64,000 nt of DNA. It comes from Pseudomonas aeruginosa PAO1 (GTDB lineage: Bacteria; Pseudomonadota; Gammaproteobacteria; Pseudomonadales; Pseudomonadaceae). The stretch lies in assembly GCF_000006765.1 (NCBI RefSeq), contig NC_002516.2, one strand, 5' to 3'. Position 1 is the stretch's first letter, and each line of letters opens with the position of its first letter. Shown piece by piece: positions 37,023 through 45,826 of this stretch. The notes under the pieces are model-generated. The model searched no databases. It had not been told where the DNA came from and saw nothing but the letters and a program-made list of their open reading frames with translations. The position numbers were made by a program, and so were the translations under genes.

Positions 37023-39284
37023 ATGAGCTTCGACGCCGATGAAGAAATCCTCCAGGACTTCCTGGTTGAGGCCGGCGAGATTCTCGAGCAATTGTCCGAG
37101 CAACTGGTCGAGCTGGAGAGCCGGCCGGACGATATGGACCTGCTCAATGCCATTTTCCGTGGGTTCCATACGGTCAAGGGCGGTGCCGGCTTCCTCCAGC
37201 TGAACGCGCTGGTGGAATGCTGCCACATTGCGGAAAACGTCTTCGATATCCTGCGCAAGGGCGAGCGGCGCGTCAGCTCCGAACTGATGGATGTGGTGCT
37301 GCAGGCGCTGGATACGGTCAACGCGATGTTCGACCAGGTGCGCGAGCAGTCCGAACCGACCCCGGCGACGCCCGAGCTGCTGGCGGCCCTTGCCCGCCTG
37401 GCCGAGCCCGAGGGCGCCGAGCCCGCGGAACCTGTGCAAGCGCCGCCGGCGGCCGTTCCGCCAGCCGAGCCTGCGGCGCCGCCGGAAGCGCCCGCGCAGA
37501 GTGCCTCCAGCGATATCACCGACGACGAGTTCGAGCAGTTGCTGGATGCTCTGCAGGGCGACGAAGCGCCGGCCTCCGCCGTTGCAGAAGCGCCCGCGGC
37601 TCCCGCTGGCGACGAGATCAGCGACGCCGAGTTCGAGGCGTTGCTCGACCAGTTGCACGGCAAGGGCAAGTTCGTCCCGCCGGCGGTCTCGGCCGAGCCT
37701 GCGCAAGTCCCCGCCGAGGCGGTCGAGCCGGCCGCGGCTGCCGCTGGTGACGATATCAGCGACGACGAGTTCGAGGCACTGCTCGACGAACTGCACGGCA
37801 AGGGCAAGTTCGGCGATGTCCCGGAAGCCGCCGGCACACCCGCCGCACCGGCTGCCGCGGCTCCAGCGGCTGCGCCGGCGGAGCAGGGCAAGGCGCCGGC
37901 CGCCGCGGGCGGCGATGAGATCAGCGACGACGAGTTCGAGTCGCTGCTCGACGAACTGCACGGCAAGGGCAAGTTCAACGGCGCCTCCGAGGCCGTGGCG
38001 GCCGCCGCGGCGGTAGCCAAGAACATCGCGGCGAAGAGTCCCGCGGCGAAACCGGTCGCTCCGGCCAAGGCCGCCGCCGCGCGTCCGGCGGCGCCCGACA
38101 GGCCGGCGGCGAGCGAGGCGGAGACCACCGTGCGGGTGGATACGGCGCGTCTCGACGAGATCATGAACATGGTCGGCGAGCTGGTGCTGGTGCGTAACCG
38201 CCTGGTGCGCCTGGGCCTGAACAGTGGCGACGAGGCCATGGCCAAGGCCGTGGCCAACCTCGACGTGGTCACCGGCGACCTGCAGATGTCGGTGATGAAG
38301 ACCCGCATGCAGCCGATCAAGAAGGTCTTCGGCCGCTTCCCGCGCCTGGTTCGCGACCTGGCGCGGAACATGAAGAAAGAGATCAACCTGGAGCTGGTGG
38401 GCGAAGAGACCGACCTCGACAAGAACCTGGTCGAGGCCCTCGCCGATCCGCTGGTGCACCTGGTGCGCAACGCCGTCGACCACGGCATCGAGAGTCCGGA
38501 GGAGCGCGAGGCCGCCGGCAAGCCGCGGGTCGGCCAGGTGGTGCTGTCAGCGGAGCAGGAGGGTGACCACATCCTCCTGATGATCACCGACGACGGCAAG
38601 GGCATGGACGCCGAGGTGCTGCGCAACAAGGCGGTGGAGAAGGGCCTGCTGGAGCGCGATGCGGCGGACCGCCTGACCGACCTGGAGTGCTACAACCTGA
38701 TTTTCGCCCCGGGTTTCTCGACCAAGACCGAGATTTCCGACGTGTCCGGCCGCGGTGTCGGCATGGACGTGGTGAAGACCAAGATTTCCCAGCTCAACGG
38801 CACGGTCAACGTGTTTTCGCAGAAGGGGTCCGGCTCGAAGATCGTCATCAAGGTGCCGCTGACTTTGGCGATCATGCCTACCCTTATGGTGATGCTGGGC
38901 AGCCAGGCGTTCGCCTTCCCGCTGGTCAACGTCAACGAAATCTTCCATCTTGACCTGTCGCGCACCAATGTCGTGGATGGCCAGGAAGTGGTGATCGTCC
39001 GCGACAAGGCCTTGCCGCTGTTCTATCTCAAGCGCTGGCTGGTGCCGAGTGCGGCCCACGAAGAGCAGGGTGAGGGACACGTGGTGATCCTGTCGGTCGG
39101 CACCCAGCGCATCGGTTTCGTCGTCGACCAGTTGGTGGGACAAGAAGAAGTGGTGATCAAGCCACTCGGCAAGATGTTGCAGGGCACCCCCGGCATGGCG
39201 GGCGCCACCATCACCGGGGACGGGCGCATCGCCCTGATCCTCGATGTGCCGAGCATGCTCAAGCGTTACGCACGGCGCATCTGA
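37023..39284 (+). CDS. cheA: Chemotaxis histidine kinase CheA
   Basis: HPt domain FRGFHTVKGGAG, HATPase (NAVDHGIE, DDGKG, GRGVGMDVV) and a C-terminal CheW domain. Confidence 0.98.
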   Translation: MSFDADEEILQDFLVEAGEILEQLSEQLVELESRPDDMDLLNAIFRGFHTVKGGAGFLQLNALVECCHIAENVFDILRKGERRVSSELMDVVLQALDTVNAMFDQVREQSEPTPATPELLAALARLAEPEGAEPAEPVQAPPAAVPPAEPAAPPEAPAQSASSDITDDEFEQLLDALQGDEAPASAVAEAPAAPAGDEISDAEFEALLDQLHGKGKFVPPAVSAEPAQVPAEAVEPAAAAAGDDISDDEFEALLDELHGKGKFGDVPEAAGTPAAPAAAAPAAAPAEQGKAPAAAGGDEISDDEFESLLDELHGKGKFNGASEAVAAAAAVAKNIAAKSPAAKPVAPAKAAAARPAAPDRPAASEAETTVRVDTARLDEIMNMVGELVLVRNRLVRLGLNSGDEAMAKAVANLDVVTGDLQMSVMKTRMQPIKKVFGRFPRLVRDLARNMKKEINLELVGEETDLDKNLVEALADPLVHLVRNAVDHGIESPEEREAAGKPRVGQVVLSAEQEGDHILLMITDDGKGMDAEVLRNKAVEKGLLERDAADRLTDLECYNLIFAPGFSTKTEISDVSGRGVGMDVVKTKISQLNGTVNVFSQKGSGSKIVIKVPLTLAIMPTLMVMLGSQAFAFPLVNVNEIFHLDLSRTNVVDGQEVVIVRDKALPLFYLKRWLVPSAAHEEQGEGHVVILSVGTQRIGFVVDQLVGQEEVVIKPLGKMLQGTPGMAGATITGDGRIALILDVPSMLKRYARRI
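37512..37976 (+). repeat. Four intragenic repeats in CheA, consensus D(E/D)ISDDEFEALLDELHGKGKF
   Basis: Copies at 37512-37559 (partial), 37611-37673, 37749-37811 and 37914-37976, separated by Ala/Pro linkers. They are also similar at the nucleotide level. Confidence 0.95.
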
Positions 39285-39337
39285 CGCCGCGTATGGGTTT
39301 CCGGCGGCGCAGGAGCGTCGCCCTCTGAGGAGTAGCT

Positions 39338-40444
39338 ATGGCAGTCAAAGTCCTGGTGGTGGACGATTCGGGGTTCTTCCGCCGCCGTGTCTCGGAGATT
39401 CTCTCCGCCGATGGACAGATCCAGGTGGTCGGCACCGGCACCAATGGCCGCGAGGCCATCGAGCAGGCGCTGGCCCTGAGACCCGATGTGATCACCATGG
39501 ATTACGAGATGCCGCTGATGGACGGCATCACCGCGGTACGCAACATCATGCAGCGTTGCCCGACCCCGGTCCTGATGTTCTCCTCGCTGACCCACGAGGG
39601 CGCGCGGGTGACCCTGGATGCACTGGACGCTGGAGCGGTCGACTACCTGCCGAAGAATTTCGAGGACATCTCGCGCAACCCGGACAAGGTCCGCCAGTTG
39701 CTCTGCGAGAAGGTCCTGACCATCGCCCGTAGCAATCGTCGCTCGATCAGCCTGCCGCCGCTGCCTTCGGCCACCTCGTCCAGCCATGCGCCGGCGTCGT
39801 CCTCCAGCGTCGGCGCGAGCGCGCGTGTTGGTGCCGGCGCGTCGCCGGCCCCGGCGTCGACCTCGGCGGCGCCGAAGCGCAAGGCCTACCGGCTGGTCGC
39901 GATCGGTACCTCCACCGGTGGACCGGTTGCCTTGCAGCGGGTGCTGACCCAGTTGCCGGCCAACTTCCCGGCGCCGCTGGTACTGATCCAGCACATGCCG
40001 GCGGCCTTCACCAAGGCCTTCGCCGAGCGCCTCGACAAGCTGTGCCGGATCAACGTCAAGGAGGCGGAGGACGGCGACATCCTGCGTCCCGGCCTGGCGC
40101 TGCTGGCGCCGGGCGGCAAGCAGATGATGGTCGACGGCCGCGGCACGGTGCGCATCCTCCCCGGCGACGAACGCCTGAACTACAAGCCCTGCGTCGACGT
40201 GACCTTCGGCTCGGCGGCCAAGGCCTACAACGACAAGGTCCTGGCGGTGGTCCTCACCGGCATGGGCGCCGACGGGCGCGAGGGTGCGCGCCTGCTCAAG
40301 CAGGGCGGCAGCCAGGTGTGGGCGCAGGACGAGGCCAGTTGCGTGATCTACGGGATGCCGATGGCCGTGGTCAAGGCCAACCTGGCGGACGCGGTGTACG
40401 GGCTCGACGACATCGGCCGGCACCTGGTCGAGGCGTGCCAGTAA
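39338..40444 (+). CDS. cheB: Chemotaxis methylesterase CheB
   Basis: REC domain plus esterase motifs GTSTGGP, QHMP and LTGMGADG. Confidence 0.97.
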   Translation: MAVKVLVVDDSGFFRRRVSEILSADGQIQVVGTGTNGREAIEQALALRPDVITMDYEMPLMDGITAVRNIMQRCPTPVLMFSSLTHEGARVTLDALDAGAVDYLPKNFEDISRNPDKVRQLLCEKVLTIARSNRRSISLPPLPSATSSSHAPASSSSVGASARVGAGASPAPASTSAAPKRKAYRLVAIGTSTGGPVALQRVLTQLPANFPAPLVLIQHMPAAFTKAFAERLDKLCRINVKEAEDGDILRPGLALLAPGGKQMMVDGRGTVRILPGDERLNYKPCVDVTFGSAAKAYNDKVLAVVLTGMGADGREGARLLKQGGSQVWAQDEASCVIYGMPMAVVKANLADAVYGLDDIGRHLVEACQ

Positions 40445-40532
40445 GCGTGCGTGCAGGAATGAGGAGACTGCCTTCGATGGCCACCCACGTGACGAGCTGC
40501 GCGCGCCTTCGCCGAGCCGAGGGGACGCGCTG

Positions 40533-41273
40533 ATGGATGTGCTCAGCCTGGTCGGGATCATCCTGGCGTTCGTCGCCATCGTCGGCGGCAACTTTCTCGA
40601 GGGCGGCCACGCCGGAGCCCTGCTCAACGGTCCGGCGGCGCTGATCGTGATCGGCGGCACCCTGGCCGCGGCGCTGTTGCAGACCCCGGTGAACGTGCTC
40701 AAGCGCGGCCTGGGCATGCTCGGCTGGGTGTTCTTCCCGCCGCGCGAGGATCTTTCCGGGGGAATCGACCGGATCGTCTCCTGGAGCATGACCGCGCGCA
40801 AGGAAGGCCTGCTCGGCCTGGAGAGCATCGCCGATGCGGAGCCCGATCCCTATGCGCGCAAGGGCCTGCAACTGCTGGTGGACGGCGCCGAGCCGGAAGT
40901 CATCCGCAGCATCCTCGAGGTCGACCTGTTCACCCAGGAAAGTCGCGACCTGCAGGCCGCCAAGGTGTTCGAGAGCATGGGCGGCTATGCGCCGACCATC
41001 GGCATCATCGGCGCGGTAATGGGCTTGATCCATGTGATGGGCAACCTGGCCAACCCGGCGCAGCTCGGCAGCGGCATCGCCGTGGCCTTCGTCGCCACCA
41101 TCTATGGCGTCGGCTTCGCCAACCTGCTCCTGCTGCCGATCGGCAACAAGCTGAAAACCCTGGTACTGCGCCAGTCGCGCTACCGCGAGATGCTCCTGGA
41201 GGGCCTGCTGTCCATCGCCGAGGGCGAGAACCCGCGTTCCATCGAGTTGAAGCTGCAAGGCTTCATGGACTGA
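40533..41273 (+). CDS. motC: Stator protein MotC
   Basis: MotA family: YAPTIGIIGAVMGLI and AFVATIYGV. Confidence 0.95.
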   Translation: MDVLSLVGIILAFVAIVGGNFLEGGHAGALLNGPAALIVIGGTLAAALLQTPVNVLKRGLGMLGWVFFPPREDLSGGIDRIVSWSMTARKEGLLGLESIADAEPDPYARKGLQLLVDGAEPEVIRSILEVDLFTQESRDLQAAKVFESMGGYAPTIGIIGAVMGLIHVMGNLANPAQLGSGIAVAFVATIYGVGFANLLLLPIGNKLKTLVLRQSRYREMLLEGLLSIAEGENPRSIELKLQGFMD

Positions 41274-41285
41274 CCGGAGCCGAGC

Positions 41286-42176
41286 ATGCAGCGCCGCCGT
41301 CGCCACCAGGAGGAACACGAGAACCACGAACGCTGGCTGGTTTCCTATGCCGACTTCATCACCCTGCTGTTCGCCTTCTTCGTGGTGATGTATTCGATTT
41401 CCTCGATCAACGAGGGCAAGTACAAGATCCTCTCGGAGACCCTCACCGGCGTGTTCAACCAGCCCGACCGCTCGTTGAAGCCGATTCCCATCGGCGACGA
41501 GCGGCCGCGCACCACCGAGCCGGAGCGCACCAGCGTCGAGGAGCAGCCCAGCGACAACGCGGCCAGCGCCGACTCGCTGGAGCGGATCGCCGACAGCGTG
41601 CGCGATGCCTTCGGCGACTTGATCGCCTCCGACCAGTTGAGCGTGCGCGGTAACGAGCTGTGGATCGAGATCACTCTCAATTCCAGCCTGCTGTTTCCCA
41701 GCGGCGATGCGCTGCCCAACGATGCCGCCTTCGATATCGTCGAGAAGGTCGCCAAGATCCTGGCGCCCTACAAGAACCCGATCCATGTCGAGGGCTTCAC
41801 CGATGACGTGCCGATCCATAGCCCGCGCTATCCCACCAACTGGGAACTGTCGGCGGCGCGGGCGGCGAGCATCGTCCGCCTGCTCGGCAACGATGGGGTC
41901 GAGCCGTCGCGGATGGCTGCGGTGGGCTATGGTGAATTTCAGCCGGTGGCGGACAATGCCAGCGCCGAGGGGCGGGCGAAGAATCGCCGGGTGGTGCTGG
42001 TGATCTCGCGCAACCTGGAGGTGCGGCGCAGCGTCAGCGGGGTCGGCAGCGGCAAGGCGCAACCGGATTCGGCGCTCCGCCACGCAGGCTCGGCAGCTGG
42101 CACGCAAGCTGCAGATACTGGCGGTACGCCGGCGCCCGCGCCGGCAACCGTCAATTCCCCGTCGCCTTCGCCATGA
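41286..42176 (+). CDS. motD: Stator protein MotD
   Basis: WLVSYADFITLLFAFFVVMYS and an OmpA-like domain with NWELSAARA and NRRV. Confidence 0.95.
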   Translation: MQRRRRHQEEHENHERWLVSYADFITLLFAFFVVMYSISSINEGKYKILSETLTGVFNQPDRSLKPIPIGDERPRTTEPERTSVEEQPSDNAASADSLERIADSVRDAFGDLIASDQLSVRGNELWIEITLNSSLLFPSGDALPNDAAFDIVEKVAKILAPYKNPIHVEGFTDDVPIHSPRYPTNWELSAARAASIVRLLGNDGVEPSRMAAVGYGEFQPVADNASAEGRAKNRRVVLVISRNLEVRRSVSGVGSGKAQPDSALRHAGSAAGTQAADTGGTPAPAPATVNSPSPSP

Positions 42177-42270
42177 GCGCGCGAACCATGGTTTGCGTAC
42201 GGGCGCCGGGGCCGAACTGGCCATTAGCGCGGCCCCAACCGGGTAGACCCATGCCAGGAAGAGTAGAGCA

Positions 42271-43059
42271 ATGAAAGTCTGGGCAGTCGCCAATCAGAAA
42301 GGAGGGGTCGGCAAGACCACCTCGTCCATCGCCCTGGCCGGCCTGTTGGCGGATGCCGGCAAGCGCGTGGTCGTGGTCGACCTGGACCCCCACGGCTCGA
42401 TGACCAGCTATTTCGGCTATGACCCGGACACCCTCGAGCACAGCGCCTTCGACCTGTTCCTGCACCAGGGCAACGTCCCCGAGGGGCTGCCGGCCTCGCT
42501 GCTGCGCAGCACCAGCAACGAACGCATTTCCCTGCTGCCGTCGAGTACCGCGCTGGCCACCCTGGAGCGCCAGTCGCCGGGCAAGAGCGGTCTCGGCCTG
42601 GTGGTCTCGAAGAGCCTGGCGCAGCTCTGGCAGGATTTCGACCATGCGATCATCGACAGCCCGCCGCTGCTCGGCGTGCTGATGGTCAACGCCCTGGCCG
42701 CCAGCCAGCACCTGGTGATCCCGGTGCAGACCGAGTTCCTCGCGGTGAAAGGGCTGGAGCGGATGGTCAACACCCTGGCGATGATCAACCGGTCGCGCAA
42801 ACAGGCGTTGCCCTATACCATCGTACCTACGCTGTTCGACCGGCGGACCCAGGCTTCGCTGAGCACGCTGCGGATTCTCAACGAGAACTACCCGGACAAC
42901 CTGTGGCAGGCGTTCATTCCCATCGATACCCGCCTGCGCGATGCCAGCCGGGCCGGGGTCACGCCGTCGCAGCACGACGGCAAGAGTCGCGGGGTGATCG
43001 CCTACCGCGCCTTGCTCAAGCATCTGCTGGCGCAGCAGCCGGCCACCCGGGTGGCCTGA
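42271..43059 (+). CDS. parC: ParA-family ATPase for chemotaxis array partitioning
   Basis: ANQKGGVGKTT, DLDPHGS and IIDSPP, located within the che cluster. Confidence 0.88.
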   Translation: MKVWAVANQKGGVGKTTSSIALAGLLADAGKRVVVVDLDPHGSMTSYFGYDPDTLEHSAFDLFLHQGNVPEGLPASLLRSTSNERISLLPSSTALATLERQSPGKSGLGLVVSKSLAQLWQDFDHAIIDSPPLLGVLMVNALAASQHLVIPVQTEFLAVKGLERMVNTLAMINRSRKQALPYTIVPTLFDRRTQASLSTLRILNENYPDNLWQAFIPIDTRLRDASRAGVTPSQHDGKSRGVIAYRALLKHLLAQQPATRVA

Positions 43060-43091
43060 TGGCGCGCCGGTCGCCGCGCCGACAGGCGCAT

Positions 43092-43119
43092 TCAAGCCGC
43101 ACCGGAGTGCGGCCGATAA
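43092..43119 (+). promoter_or_regulatory. Sigma28 promoter upstream of the parP-like gene and cheW
   Basis: TCAAG-N15-GCCGATAA with a perfect -10 octamer. Confidence 0.8.
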
Positions 43120-43150
43120 CCGTTGTAGACCCCTGTCGCGGAATACCCAC

Positions 43151-44041
43151 ATGAGCGCCGCCACCGCCACCCGTTCGCAACTGGCCTTGCAGTCCTACCT
43201 GGATGCGTTGCTCCAGGAGGCCACTTTCGAGGACCTGGAACCTCTCGTCGAGACGCCGCCAGCGCCTGCGCCCGCGCCGTTGAAGCCTGTCGCGCTGGCG
43301 GTCGCCGAAGTGGCGACACCGGCCCCGGCGCTGGAAACGCTGCCGGTCGACCACGGGTTCGACGAGTTCGAGGCCGCGGTGCTCGAGGAGCAGGTCCGCG
43401 ATGCGCGCCTGGTTCCGCCGGCGCCGGCGGCCCTGCTCGACGAACCGACGACGTTGCGCGAGCTGCCGGTCGAGCCACGGCCCCACGAAGTCATCGAGTT
43501 GCGCGTGCCGAGCGCCCCGGCGAGCGTCGGCGAGCCGCCGCTGCTCGACCTGCCGCTGCTCGACGACGGTCGTCCGGCCTGGGCGGCGGAGCCCTTCGAG
43601 TGCCTGCTGTTCGACGTCGCCGGGCTGACCCTGGCGGTGCCGCTGGTGTGCCTCGGCTCGATCTATCCGCTGGAGAACCAGGAACTGACCCCGTTGTTCG
43701 GCCAGCCCGACTGGTTCCTCGGCATCCTGCCGTCGCAGGCGGGCAACCTGAAGGTGTTGGACACCGCACGCTGGGTGATGCCCGAACGCTACCGCGACGA
43801 CTATCGCGACGGCCTCAAGTACGTGATCTCGGTCCAGGGCTACGAGTGGGGGCTGGCGGTGCACCAGGTGAGCCGCTCGATCCGCCTCGACCCGGCCGAG
43901 GTGAAATGGCGCAGCCAGCGTAGCCAGCGCCCCTGGCTGGCCGGCACGGTCATCGAACACATGTGTGCGCTGCTGGATGTGGCGGCGCTCGCCGAACTGA
44001 TCGCCAGCGGCGCCGTCAAGCGCCTGCACGGCGACCATTGA
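43151..44041 (+). CDS. parP: CheW-like (AIF) domain protein ParP
   Basis: Acidic Pro-rich N-terminus and a C-terminal CheW-like domain (FECLLFDVAGLTLAVPL...WFLGI), directly after the ParA-like gene. Confidence 0.85.
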   Translation: MSAATATRSQLALQSYLDALLQEATFEDLEPLVETPPAPAPAPLKPVALAVAEVATPAPALETLPVDHGFDEFEAAVLEEQVRDARLVPPAPAALLDEPTTLRELPVEPRPHEVIELRVPSAPASVGEPPLLDLPLLDDGRPAWAAEPFECLLFDVAGLTLAVPLVCLGSIYPLENQELTPLFGQPDWFLGILPSQAGNLKVLDTARWVMPERYRDDYRDGLKYVISVQGYEWGLAVHQVSRSIRLDPAEVKWRSQRSQRPWLAGTVIEHMCALLDVAALAELIASGAVKRLHGDH

Positions 44042-44086
44042 TAGACAGCTTCCGCCACTTGCGGCGGTTTTCGAGAGGTTAGGGGA

Positions 44087-44566
44087 ATGAGCAAAGCCAC
44101 CGCGCAAAGCGCCGAAGATCCGATCCTGCAGTGGGTCACCTTCCGCCTGGACAACGAGAGCTACGGCATCAATGTGATGCAGGTCCAGGAGGTGCTGCGC
44201 TACACCGAGATCGCCCCGGTGCCGGGCGCGCCGAGCTACGTGCTGGGCATCATCAACCTGCGCGGCAACGTGGTCACGGTGATCGACACCCGCCAGCGCT
44301 TCGGCCTGGACCCTGCGCCGGTCAGCGACAACACGCGGATCGTCATTATCGAGGCGGACAAGCAGGTGGTCGGCATCCTGGTCGACAGCGTCGCCGAGGT
44401 GGTCTACCTGAAGCAGTCGGAAATCGAGACCGCGCCGAACGTCGGCAACGAAGAGTCGGCCAAGTTCATCCAGGGTGTCTGCAACAAGAACGGCGAGCTG
44501 CTGATCCTGGTCGAGCTGGACAAGATGATGACCGAGGAAGAATGGTCGGAGCTGGGCAGCATCTGA
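44087..44566 (+). CDS. cheW: Chemotaxis coupling protein CheW
   Basis: YGINVMQVQEV and VLGIINLRGNVVTVID. Confidence 0.97.
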   Translation: MSKATAQSAEDPILQWVTFRLDNESYGINVMQVQEVLRYTEIAPVPGAPSYVLGIINLRGNVVTVIDTRQRFGLDPAPVSDNTRIVIIEADKQVVGILVDSVAEVVYLKQSEIETAPNVGNEESAKFIQGVCNKNGELLILVELDKMMTEEEWSELGSI

Positions 44567-44596
44567 TGCGTTCTACCGACACGAGGGCCTGCTGAG

Positions 44597-45004
44597 ATGG
44601 AGGTCGTCGCGCTGGCACTGGCGCTCGCCGCCTGCCTCGGCCTGGCGGCGGCGTGCCTGTGGCTGCGCCGTGAATTGCGCCGCCTGCAAGCTGCGCTGGC
44701 GCAGCAGGCGGAGGAGGGCGCCGCGCGCGAGCGCCGGCTCAAGGAGCTGAGCAAGCGCATCGAGTCCTACCAGCAGGTCAACGTGCGCATGGGCGAGGCC
44801 TTGCAGGACCTCGGCAAGCAACTCGCGCCGCTTCCCGACCGGGTCGCGCGCCTGGAGCAGCGCGATCCGACCACGCTGTCGTTCAGCCAGGCCGCACGCC
44901 TGGTCGGGCTCGGCGCCAGCGCCGAAGACCTGACCCAGGCCTGCGGTCTGTCGCAGGCCGAGGCCGAGCTGGTGGCGCGCCTGCACGAAGCCAAGGGCAA
45001 GTGA
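44597..45004 (+). CDS. DUF2802-like protein (TM, coiled coil, C-terminal HTH-like segment)
   Basis: AARLVGLGASAEDLTQACGLSQAEAELVARL, in the typical position after cheW. Confidence 0.8.
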   Translation: MEVVALALALAACLGLAAACLWLRRELRRLQAALAQQAEEGAARERRLKELSKRIESYQQVNVRMGEALQDLGKQLAPLPDRVARLEQRDPTTLSFSQAARLVGLGASAEDLTQACGLSQAEAELVARLHEAKGK

Positions 45005-45031
45005 CGGTCGCCGGCCCGGCGCTGGCGCTTT

Positions 45032-45718
45032 TCAGGCGAGCAGGCGGCTCGCCACTTCTGCCAGTGTCACCTCTCCCCTGAACTCCCCGCAGCTCTGCGC
45101 CGGCAGGCGATCCTCGATGGCATGGGCGAAGCGCACCGCCGGGTCCTGCTCCAGCTTCTCCAGGTGTCGATGCAGGCGCGGAAAGTCGTGTTGCAGGTCG
45201 AAGTAGCCCAGCTCCCGTCCCCAGCGAGCGGTACCCGCGAGGTAGGCGTCGGCCACGCTCGGCCCTTCGCCGGCCAGCCACTTGCGGTCGCCGAGCAGCT
45301 TGTCGATCCGGCCATAGGCTCGCGCCGCGCGCGTCAGCGCCCTTGCCGTCGTGGTTGCGTCGGCGTCCTCCAGATAGAACAGGGCTCCCCAGGCCGAATG
45401 GCATTCGGTATGCAGGAGGGCGAGGGCGAAGTTCAGTTCGTCGAACTCGGCGCTGCCCTGCGGATAACCGAGCTTCCTGCACAGGTCGCGCGCCGCCAGG
45501 TGCTGGAGAATGGCCAGGCTTTCGCTGAGCGCGCGGCCGTCCTCCAGGAGCAGGGTGGGCGTCTGGCGAGCCGGGTTCAGGCGCACGTAGGTGCGCTCGC
45601 CGGTATCCAGCGGCATCTCGATCCGACACAGGCGATAGGGGCGGCCGAGCCACTCGAGGGCCACGATCGAGCCGAAGGAACAGCCGTGGGGTACGCCATA
45701 AAACAGTACAGGTTCCAT
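45032..45718 (-). CDS. Glutathione S-transferase
   Basis: FYGVPHGCS, RLNPARQTPTL, LSESLAILQHL and GPSVADAYL. Confidence 0.92.
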   Translation of the reverse strand: MEPVLFYGVPHGCSFGSIVALEWLGRPYRLCRIEMPLDTGERTYVRLNPARQTPTLLLEDGRALSESLAILQHLAARDLCRKLGYPQGSAEFDELNFALALLHTECHSAWGALFYLEDADATTTARALTRAARAYGRIDKLLGDRKWLAGEGPSVADAYLAGTARWGRELGYFDLQHDFPRLHRHLEKLEQDPAVRFAHAIEDRLPAQSCGEFRGEVTLAEVASRLLA

Positions 45719-45826
45719 TTTCCATCTCCGTTCAGGTAACGCACGTTGCGCATCGCAACCGGGCTGAACGCAGGGTAGGGGGGATATAGGCTATATTCGG
45801 TCCTGATTTTTCCGGTGGATCGAAAA

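Noticed and set aside
37512-37976. Spaced nucleotide repeats considered as a CRISPR-like array
   Set aside because: The repeats are in-frame, degenerate at third codon positions and inside cheA, with no cas genes, so they are protein repeats.
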